Shown one piece after another: positions 56,904 to 64,000 of a stretch of 64,000 nucleotides of DNA (positions within the stretch are counted from its first letter, which is position 1; every line of letters begins with the position of its first letter). This DNA is from Thermoplasmata archaeon (GTDB lineage Archaea; Thermoplasmatota; Thermoplasmata; GCA-020350865): positions 3,755,189 through 3,819,188 of the forward strand of contig CP070751.1 of assembly GCA_020348445.1 (NCBI GenBank). The letters are read 5' to 3'. The translations under genes were made by a program, and so were the position numbers. The notes below the pieces were generated by a model. That model made no database searches and was not told where the DNA came from. It saw nothing but the letters and a program-made list of their open reading frames with translations.

Positions 56904-57434
56904 ATGACACCCGAACAGTTGAATCAAATTCTTCCGATGCTCATTATTGCTATAATTATCGAGGGTATTGGCCTTACGGCTCTCACATATTTTGTATTGA
57001 GATCTAAGGGTGAAACACCCGTGATCGAGGAGGTATTCACCGTCTATAAGGATGGTAGATTGATCAAACATGTAAGCAACAAGAATGAAAATTACCCTGA
57101 TAACGACATATTCACTGGCATGATGACGGCAGCCCAGGAATTTATAAAGGACTCTTTTGCGACCAGGGACTCCTCTGGTCTAAAGAAGATCGAATTGGGG
57201 AAGAAAAGAATTATTTTTGAGAGAGGGGACAATATCTATATGGCCCTTGTTTACACGGGCGATGCCAATGAAAAGATGAAAGATAGTATAAACAACAAAA
57301 TAGAAGTCATAGAATCAAAATATGGAAATATTTTGAATAAATGGAAGGGTGACATAGGAAAATTGGATGGTATTGAAGAGATCATAAAACCTCTTCTTGA
57401 TACTGATGGTACAGAATTGGAGGATTCAATATAA
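56904..57434 (+). CDS. Hypothetical protein with N-terminal TM helix
   Basis: ILPMLIIAIIIEGIGLTALTYFVL TM helix followed by a soluble alpha/beta-looking domain. No recognised motif. Confidence 0.45.
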   Translation: MTPEQLNQILPMLIIAIIIEGIGLTALTYFVLRSKGETPVIEEVFTVYKDGRLIKHVSNKNENYPDNDIFTGMMTAAQEFIKDSFATRDSSGLKKIELGKKRIIFERGDNIYMALVYTGDANEKMKDSINNKIEVIESKYGNILNKWKGDIGKLDGIEEIIKPLLDTDGTELEDSI

Positions 57435-57473
57435 AAGCTCAGAAATAAAGAAAATGAACTATATTTGTTAGAA

Positions 57474-57854
57474 TCATCTGTACTCTAGGTACCTGAGTTT
57501 ATCCCATTCGACCTTGTGATCTATATCGTTATCAATTAAGAATTTACTGAGACTCTCTGTTACCTTAGTTATTTCGGAAGATCTGGTGTTGCCTTTTATA
57601 TAAAATTGTACATTTCCCTTTGGTACGATGGGGAATACCATCTTGGTCCTACAGTTTCTGTTGTGCCCTTCGGGTTTTCTATTCTTCTCAAGGTCCAGAA
57701 GGTTCAACCTGATGAGCATGTAGTTTCTGTCCTCTTCCTCTTCAATCTGACCTGTTTCCGAAAGGAACCTCATGTAAAGGTCCCTATAGATAGGAACGAG
57801 GTCCTTATACTTCATCTTCTTGGGAAATATGATGTGTCCCGTTTTAGACCGCAT
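57474..57854 (-). CDS. Hypothetical protein
   Basis: 126-aa basic ORF. No recognised motif. Confidence 0.4.
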   Translation of the reverse strand: MRSKTGHIIFPKKMKYKDLVPIYRDLYMRFLSETGQIEEEEDRNYMLIRLNLLDLEKNRKPEGHNRNCRTKMVFPIVPKGNVQFYIKGNTRSSEITKVTESLSKFLIDNDIDHKVEWDKLRYLEYR

Positions 57855-57986
57855 GATAACCCCTTTGTTCGGATGAGGTTTATCATATTTAAGATTTGTT
57901 ATTAACTTCAGGGAAAAGCGAACCTGAAAATATCAGAGATTATCTAAGGTAAATAAGATATAAAATATAAACAGGAAGAGTTTTTT

Positions 57987-59144
57987 TTACTCCTTCAAAA
58001 TCCACTTCTTCCCATTTCGCATGATTCTTGGACTCTTGTTTAAAACCTCGATGATCTCCTGTATGCTCGCATCCTTGTTATCGATTAGAATGCTCTTTAT
58101 GGCCCGTGGAGAAGATAGACCTTCTGGAAAGTAAGAGAGATGATATAGAATTTCATCCTCGAGCTCCTCATCAAATTCTTCTTTAATGAGCTCTTGTATT
58201 TCAATTTTATCCTCAGTGTCCTCGACAATCCCCCCTCCGTTCGGGGCCACTTCAACATATTTTTTCAATTCCTCTTCGATTATTGTGGGATTCTTAAAGC
58301 ACTTTGCAATTGGATTTCCCCTGTTCTTTTTTACCCAACCTCTCACCTTCTCCTTGTCTATTTGGAGAATTTTTGAGATCTTCGAATACTTCCAGTTGTA
58401 ATGGTCATATAATGCCTTTGCTATATGATAATCCATATGTTCAAGTGTGAGTTCATCCACGATTTTACTGTATTCATTCTCCAGATACTCATCATCCTTC
58501 AGCACCCGGAAAGCGTTTTTGGGAACCCTGCGTCCGTTGATCCAGCATGTTATAGTTTCCTTGGGTATTGGCCTAAATAGATTGAAATGCTCAGTCAAGA
58601 TCATACTGATAGTTTTACCGCCTATTCTCATTCTCCCGACATTTTCTTTGGCGGTTTCATTGAGCCGAAGGGAAAGATAATAGAGCTTGTTCTCCCTTGT
58701 GGATTTAGCCGAGAGAAACTGCATGAGATTATTGAATTCCTTATCAAAAAAATCTCTGTCAATGAACAACCTTTTAACGCCTTTGGGGGTAACTCCTTCT
58801 TTCCATGTTCGTATCGTGCTTGTGGGAATGCCTAGGTGTTTTCCGATATACTCTGGATGTAGGTTCAGATCCAGGAGTTTCACTGCTAAAAGATAGTATA
58901 TGTTCTCCTGAGTTATTCTACGCCTAACATTTTTAAGTTTCTTTTCAAAGGCCCCCAACTTGAACTGTTGCTCAGCCAAAGCATGTGATTCGCCGGCCTG
59001 CATCCAGCTTTGAACCAGACCCCGGGGCTTTCCCAGATATCTGGCAACTGTGTTTGAACCGAATTTGTATCTTTTTAACATTAATGCAACCCGAAATGGC
59101 ACCACATCATCTTTTGTTTTGGTATGCATTCTTTCAACTCTCAA
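57987..59144 (-). CDS. Hypothetical protein with 3-4 degenerate helix-turn-helix repeats (putative DNA-binding)
   Basis: Recurrent HTH-like units: NTVARYLGKPRGLVQSWMQ, IGKHLGIPTSTIRTWKEG, ISKILQIDKEKVRGWVKKN, IKSILIDNKDASIQEIIEVL. 385 aa. Confidence 0.5.
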   Translation of the reverse strand: MRVERMHTKTKDDVVPFRVALMLKRYKFGSNTVARYLGKPRGLVQSWMQAGESHALAEQQFKLGAFEKKLKNVRRRITQENIYYLLAVKLLDLNLHPEYIGKHLGIPTSTIRTWKEGVTPKGVKRLFIDRDFFDKEFNNLMQFLSAKSTRENKLYYLSLRLNETAKENVGRMRIGGKTISMILTEHFNLFRPIPKETITCWINGRRVPKNAFRVLKDDEYLENEYSKIVDELTLEHMDYHIAKALYDHYNWKYSKISKILQIDKEKVRGWVKKNRGNPIAKCFKNPTIIEEELKKYVEVAPNGGGIVEDTEDKIEIQELIKEEFDEELEDEILYHLSYFPEGLSSPRAIKSILIDNKDASIQEIIEVLNKSPRIMRNGKKWILKE

Positions 59145-59235
59145 AACAATTCGTACTTGAGGGCAAATAAACTATCGTTTGTTACCTGGCCAAGTGACGT
59201 AGAACCTCAATTGACTGGCTCAAAATGGATTCCCC

Positions 59236-60495
59236 TTGCATTTCCCTTTCAAAGAAACTTTTATATATGGAAATTTCTTACCATTTTCGGGGATAGCTTT
59301 GCTCACCTATTTCGAGAGATTAAAGAAGCTAGAGGATTTTGGATTGACTGAGTATCAGGCTAGGGTTTATCTGGCCCTGTTGGAATTCGATGTTGCTACA
59401 GCAGGTCAAATTCCTGCTGCATCCAAGGTTCCTAGGACGAAGATTTACGGCATAATGAGGCAGCTTCATGATAAGGGTCTTGTACAAATCGTTCCAGAGA
59501 CACCGCTTAAATACAGAGCAGTTACTTTTGATAGATATCTGGAGAAGCAGATCAAGGATATGAGAGAAAAATCCGATGAACTGGAGGCTAATAAAGAGGA
59601 CTTATCAAAGGAATTTGAATTTGGACATAAAAAACCTGAAAAGCAAGGGAAATTCGAGGTACTTTATGGAAGAAGGAACGTTCGGGACAGGCTCAATAAG
59701 ATATACTCAGCGGCAAAAGAGGAGATTTTATCGATAGGTACCTCCAACAGCCCAGCCAGGATAGTAAATACGACTCTCTGGGTGATAGAGGATAAGAAGG
59801 GAATCGATATAAAATACGCTTTTCCCGTAAATGCTGGTAACAAGGAGAAGGTGGAAAAGATAGCTAAATTTGCCCAGATCAAACACATCGACCGGGATCC
59901 CCCCATGCATTTTGTTGTTGTAGATAATAAAGAATGCATGCTCATTCACCGTGTACCTGATGATCCCGACCCAGTGAGAGGGGATGATGTTGCGATATGG
60001 ACAGACGACGAGGCCATCGTGAGTGCAATGGACGAAATCGCCCATAGTTTTCTAAACGGGGGCGTGGGATACTCCTCCTTTAACGCACTTGGTCCAACAT
60101 TGGGTACAATCGGGAACTGGATCGACGCAACCGGTGTAAAAACTGATGAGGCACTGGTGAGCCTTGGACAGGAGATTGGAAGACAGATAGCAGGCCAATT
60201 GAGGTCAAGGAATAAAGAGCCGCTTTTAAAAGAGATCGCAAGTTTCTGGAAAAAGCACAATCTAGGAGAGGTCAAGGTAGTTAAAAAAAGGCCCCTTATC
60301 ATCACAATGGAAAACTACATGAACTGCAGAGATAGCCCAGAGATCGCCAAATCCTTGTGCGGCTTCGTTAAGGCCAGTATGGAAACCATAATCAAATCCA
60401 GATTGAATGCGGAATGTATAGTTAAGAGAATGAGCTGTCCCGATGGGGGAAGGACCTTCTGCAGATTGGAATTGGATATTAAAAAAGGTTCTTAA
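59236..60495 (+). CDS. TrmB family transcriptional regulator (N-terminal wHTH plus C-terminal effector domain)
   Basis: LTEYQARVYLALLEFDVATAGQIPAASKVPRTKIYGIMRQLHDKGLV matches the TrmB wHTH. The ORF starts with TTG; the true start may lie further downstream (~59308). Confidence 0.7.
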   Translation: MHFPFKETFIYGNFLPFSGIALLTYFERLKKLEDFGLTEYQARVYLALLEFDVATAGQIPAASKVPRTKIYGIMRQLHDKGLVQIVPETPLKYRAVTFDRYLEKQIKDMREKSDELEANKEDLSKEFEFGHKKPEKQGKFEVLYGRRNVRDRLNKIYSAAKEEILSIGTSNSPARIVNTTLWVIEDKKGIDIKYAFPVNAGNKEKVEKIAKFAQIKHIDRDPPMHFVVVDNKECMLIHRVPDDPDPVRGDDVAIWTDDEAIVSAMDEIAHSFLNGGVGYSSFNALGPTLGTIGNWIDATGVKTDEALVSLGQEIGRQIAGQLRSRNKEPLLKEIASFWKKHNLGEVKVVKKRPLIITMENYMNCRDSPEIAKSLCGFVKASMETIIKSRLNAECIVKRMSCPDGGRTFCRLELDIKKGS

Positions 60496-60522
60496 CTCGA
60501 TTTTGATCACCTGGGTATTGTC

Positions 60523-61884
60523 TTACGGCATCATCCTGGTCATGGTCCTTGGGAAAGGAATGGCATCCTTGATGTTGGGAATACCGCATATCCACATTAT
60601 GAGCCTCTCCATTCCAAGACCGTACCCTGAATGTGGAATCGAGCCATATTTTCTCGTATCAAAGTAGAATTTATAGTCTGAGGGGGACTCCCCGTCCTTT
60701 TCTAGGTATTTTTTCAGCTCATCAATATCGGTATCCCTCTCTGAACCACCGATCAATTCACCGTAACCCTCGGGAGCAAGCATGTCAAAGCACTTGGCCA
60801 CAGGTCCGGGGGCATCAGCATCGGAATCAACTGGTTTGTAGAAGGCCATAACGTCCTTGGGATAATGTGTCACAACAACCGGGGTATCGAAATGCTTCAT
60901 GAGTTCGTCTTCCTCTACTGTCCGAAGATCCTTTCCCCAGGGAATCTCATGTCCGCTTTTTTCCTTGAGGATTTCAAGGGCGTTGGTGTAGGTTAAGGTG
61001 GGGAAGGGTTTTTCCAACGAGACCTTTAATTTCGATTTGTCCCTCTCTAGGATATCCAATTCCCCTTGATTCTTGTCCAGGACTTCCTTGACTATGAATT
61101 TCACTTCCTCCTTGGCAACCTCAGTGCACTCCTCAAGTTCCATCCAGGCCGCCTCCATCTCCGCCATCCAGAACTCGCACAGATGTCTTGATGTCTTGGA
61201 TTTCTCGGCCCTAAACGTTGGTCCCACATCGTAAACCTTCTCAAGGGCGAATATGGCGGCCTCGGCATAAAGCTGCCAGGACTGGGAAAGGTAGGTTTGG
61301 GTGTCATAGTACTTGACCTCAAAAAGTGTGGCCCCGCCTTCACTTTGCATGGGCTGGAAAATCGGGGGTGTGAATTCATAATATCCCCTTTCCCGAAAGA
61401 ACTGATGAATGGCTCCAGTTACCGTACTTCTGATCTTCATCATGGCCGTTATCTTTCGAGAGCGCAGCCACAGATGCCTGTTGTCCCTAAGGAACTCCTC
61501 GCTTTGATCCTTTGTGATGGGAAAAGTCTCGGCAAAACCAACAACATCGAAGCTTTTTGCCTGGATTTCGAACCCGCCTGGGGCTCTTTTGTCTTCCTTT
61601 ACCGTACCTTTTACGATTACAGAGGATTCCACAAGAGCGCGTTTTGCATTCTCGAAATCGGTGTCATCAACTGATCCTTTTATCACGGTGGTTTGAAGGA
61701 TCCCAGTATGATCTCGAATTTGTGCAAATACGATCTTGCCGCTGCTTCGAATTCGGTAAATCCAACCCCTGACCTCCACCTCTTTTTCTATACATTGGCC
61801 TTTTAATATTTCTTCTATTGATGTCCAACTCTGCATGAGACTACGATCCCTGTTGAGATGGCTAGGAAATGTATAATACCGCAT
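60523..61884 (-). CDS. asnS: Asparaginyl-tRNA synthetase (class IIb, archaeal type)
   Basis: OB-fold N-domain. Class II motif 2 FRAEKSKTSRHLCEFWMAEME and motif 3 GSIPHSGYGLGMERLIMWI. Block-wise close to archaeal AsnRS (Pyrococcus-type). Likely start MQSWTS at ~61836. Confidence 0.8.
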   Translation of the reverse strand: MRYYTFPSHLNRDRSLMQSWTSIEEILKGQCIEKEVEVRGWIYRIRSSGKIVFAQIRDHTGILQTTVIKGSVDDTDFENAKRALVESSVIVKGTVKEDKRAPGGFEIQAKSFDVVGFAETFPITKDQSEEFLRDNRHLWLRSRKITAMMKIRSTVTGAIHQFFRERGYYEFTPPIFQPMQSEGGATLFEVKYYDTQTYLSQSWQLYAEAAIFALEKVYDVGPTFRAEKSKTSRHLCEFWMAEMEAAWMELEECTEVAKEEVKFIVKEVLDKNQGELDILERDKSKLKVSLEKPFPTLTYTNALEILKEKSGHEIPWGKDLRTVEEDELMKHFDTPVVVTHYPKDVMAFYKPVDSDADAPGPVAKCFDMLAPEGYGELIGGSERDTDIDELKKYLEKDGESPSDYKFYFDTRKYGSIPHSGYGLGMERLIMWICGIPNIKDAIPFPRTMTRMMP

Positions 61885-62403
61885 ATATTCATTTTGGTGT
61901 CCATGAAATTCGGGATTGTTGTGTGTCCATGGTGTATAACAGCAAGGGGGGTGAGGCTTGAGGCAAAAACAGCTTTATGTCCAAAATGTGGAAAGAGGAT
62001 GAATTTGAAAAAAACAAGGATTATTTGTGAGGTGAATTCAGAAAAAGAAGTTGCATTCGCCGTGATGAAGCATAATACTAAACTCAAGGGCGGGGAGGAA
62101 ATATATGCCAGAGACTTACGACTTCTGGGTGAAAAAGAAGCTGATGATATCTTGGGTGAATCTCAGGACATCTACCTTGAAGTGATTAAAAAAATAAGCC
62201 AAATAAGAGGCAGGGATAGGAGGATAGAGGCTGCGGTGAGGGAGTTGTGCCGTAGATTGGATGGATTCACTGAGGATGATTTAGCTGAAGTGCTCAAACA
62301 AATCGGGATTATCAAAAACCATGATTGTAGTGAATATATCGATAGGTTGATGGCTGATAATGTGATATACCGGCCAAAAAACGGGATTTATAAATGTTTA
62401 TAG
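61858..62403 (+). CDS. Hypothetical zinc-ribbon protein
   Basis: CPWC...CPKCG zinc ribbon near the N-terminus (likely start MKFGIV at ~61903). Charged helical C-terminal part. Confidence 0.45.
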   Translation: MARKCIIPHIFILVSMKFGIVVCPWCITARGVRLEAKTALCPKCGKRMNLKKTRIICEVNSEKEVAFAVMKHNTKLKGGEEIYARDLRLLGEKEADDILGESQDIYLEVIKKISQIRGRDRRIEAAVRELCRRLDGFTEDDLAEVLKQIGIIKNHDCSEYIDRLMADNVIYRPKNGIYKCL

Positions 62404-62405
62404 GT

Positions 62406-63659
62406 TTATCTCTTACGAAGATGTTTTTTTCTCCGTAATATCAAGGCTGTGATTAAAATAGCGGACACTACCAACATACCTTCAAATCCGGGTACCTTTT
62501 CATCCATGGGCCTTCCTTCCTCACTGATCCTAGTGGTTTTTGAGGAAGTTTTCAAACTTAGGGTTGTGTAGGTCTCTGAAGATAGGTAATTGCTGCCATT
62601 GAATAGGTAATAATAATCTTCCAGATGATCACCATTTCCGTCACTTTCCCATTCTGTGAATCGAAATGAATCCCTGAATAGGAAATGATCGTTTACAATA
62701 TCTATATTATACCAGTAAACCTCGCCTGAGTAATGAGGAATGTAAGTTTTGATCCAGGCATGACCTCCCCACTCTTCCTGTTTCTGGTTGTAAAGTGCTC
62801 CAAATTCAAGCTTGCAGGGTATACCTGCTGCTCTGGCCAATGAGATGAAAAGCACGGATTGATCATCACAATCTCCAAACCTGTCCTTAAGTGTCTGATA
62901 GCAGACTTTAGGCTCTCCGATGTTGCTGGTTACGTATTCAAAATGATCGTTCATATAATCAAATATAGCCCAAAGTTTATCATATACCGTGACTTTGCCA
63001 CCAGTCAATTGGTTGGACAGGTCTTTTATCTCAGGGTCAGTGGGTAGAATCTTCCATTCATCTCTGGTTTTGTTGCCGAATTTGTCGATTAGATTCTGAG
63101 AATAATCATTAACGGAACCAGAATCACTTGAATCCATTGTCCATATGGCATTCTCGGTGCGCATGGAATATACTATAGTTATCTTTTTCTCTGATGTGAT
63201 ATCGGAACCGTTCCAGAACATCCACATATAATTCCCAGAGTAATAATCCTTGGTGTCCTCGTATGGTGTTGGATATTTTTCAATACCCCTAATAGATTGA
63301 ATGATGGTTTCATTTGATCCAATATTCTGAGGTGTGGGTATATCGACCTCGTAATTCATGGGTGAACCGCGATTTCTTGGTGTCACGGTAATCTCTCTTT
63401 CCACCTCAAATTCGGCCCATTCTGGGTACTCCCGATAGCCCCCAACCTCAGGGGAGAATGCACTTTTTACAGCGTCCCGAAAACCAGCATCCAGTAGTAT
63501 TAAAAGGAGGAGGATGATAACCGCAAGAATCACGATTGTGCTTATTATCTCCCCAACACGCCTTCGAGGCATTCGAGATTTTTTCTTTTTATCGTAGTAT
63601 GCGTAATCTTCCTCATATGTCTCGGTGGTGGCCTCTGTTGGTTGATTGGAGTTCGCCAT
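62406..63659 (-). CDS. Transglutaminase-like domain membrane protein with PGF-CTERM archaeal sorting signal
   Basis: N-terminal signal-anchor TM. Transglutaminase core (FGDCDDQSVLFISLARAAGIPCKLEFG ... GHAWIKTYI). C-terminal VPGFEGMLVVSAILITALILRRKKHLRKR (PGF + TM + basic tail). Confidence 0.75.
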   Translation of the reverse strand: MANSNQPTEATTETYEEDYAYYDKKKKSRMPRRRVGEIISTIVILAVIILLLLILLDAGFRDAVKSAFSPEVGGYREYPEWAEFEVEREITVTPRNRGSPMNYEVDIPTPQNIGSNETIIQSIRGIEKYPTPYEDTKDYYSGNYMWMFWNGSDITSEKKITIVYSMRTENAIWTMDSSDSGSVNDYSQNLIDKFGNKTRDEWKILPTDPEIKDLSNQLTGGKVTVYDKLWAIFDYMNDHFEYVTSNIGEPKVCYQTLKDRFGDCDDQSVLFISLARAAGIPCKLEFGALYNQKQEEWGGHAWIKTYIPHYSGEVYWYNIDIVNDHFLFRDSFRFTEWESDGNGDHLEDYYYLFNGSNYLSSETYTTLSLKTSSKTTRISEEGRPMDEKVPGFEGMLVVSAILITALILRRKKHLRKR

Positions 63660-63887
63660 CGATGGATTATAAGATTTTGGGGGGTATTAATGTTTCGGTT
63701 TTTATATTATTTTTGAAATTTAACGTTTGGATGGCCTTGAGGTGAATTGAGTATGTGCGAAATTATTATAAATTCTCAGAATTTGATGTCAGACATTTTG
63801 TCAGAAAATTTTATATATAAAGATTCCCATTACCTTATACCTTTCTTTTGTGAAAAAGGATGGGAATAAAAGGGATGGTGATGTAAA

Positions 63888-64000
63888 ATGATACCAGTAT
63901 TTGTAGCAATCGGCGTAGTTATAGCAGGCCTGGCTATAACAACGACTTACGTCGCACTAGAGGTACAAAAGAAGATGAAAAATAGTGAGGACATGGATTT
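63888..64000 (+). CDS. Partial CDS (5' end) of a hypothetical membrane protein
   Basis: MIPVFVAIGVVIAGLAITTTYVALEV... hydrophobic start. Runs off the window. Confidence 0.3.
   Translation, partial: MIPVFVAIGVVIAGLAITTTYVALEVQKKMKNSEDMD

Noticed and set aside
1-64000. CRISPR arrays, tRNA/rRNA genes, IS elements/transposases, integrases
   Set aside because: No regularly spaced direct repeats were seen. No tRNA-like T-arm (GGTTCGAATCC-type) was seen outside coding sequence; the GTTCGAA strings at ~44710 and ~45012 are inside or next to mvhD start regions. No transposase-like ORFs or terminal inverted repeats were found. The multi-HTH protein at 57987..59144 was considered as a transposase N-domain but lacks a DDE domain.

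Overview
The window reads as an archaeal genomic segment (PGF-CTERM sorting signal, Hyp/Mvh hydrogenase genes, HdrA/MvhD; roughly 40-45% GC by eye). Coordinates 1-23000 carry surface and envelope proteins, a small-protein/toxin-antitoxin islet, the hydrogenase maturation genes hypC-hypA-hypD and hypE, a maturation protease, the [NiFe] hydrogenase genes mvhG-mvhA and two tandem FKBP/SlyD-like isomerases. From 23059 to 56002 a 33-kb minus-strand array encodes nine HdrA-like flavoproteins. Five are ~1000-1140 aa two-module forms, one of which is fused to MvhD. Two are classical single-module forms, one is an N-module-only protein, and one is a long variant. The array also contains eight MvhD genes, five of them with a conserved C-terminal winged-helix-like extension. 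Four copies of a conserved small Cys4 protein sit between mvhD and hdrA. A single HdrD-like CCG protein and an FrhB-like F420 subunit complete the array. The genes are mostly translationally coupled in the repeating order hdrA - mvhD(wHTH) - small Cys protein. No canonical HdrB/HdrC pair, CRISPR array, tRNA, rRNA or obvious mobile element was found. After the array come a GGCT/AIG2-like enzyme, uncharacterised proteins including a multi-HTH protein, a TrmB regulator, AsnRS and a PGF-CTERM transglutaminase-like protein. The most interesting signals are the amplified hdrA-mvhD array with its two apparently undescribed accessory components (the MvhD-wHTH fusion and the Cys4 mini-protein), an HdrA paralog with a low-complexity Glu/Arg-rich insertion, and an HdrA-MvhD fusion that lacks a canonical start codon.
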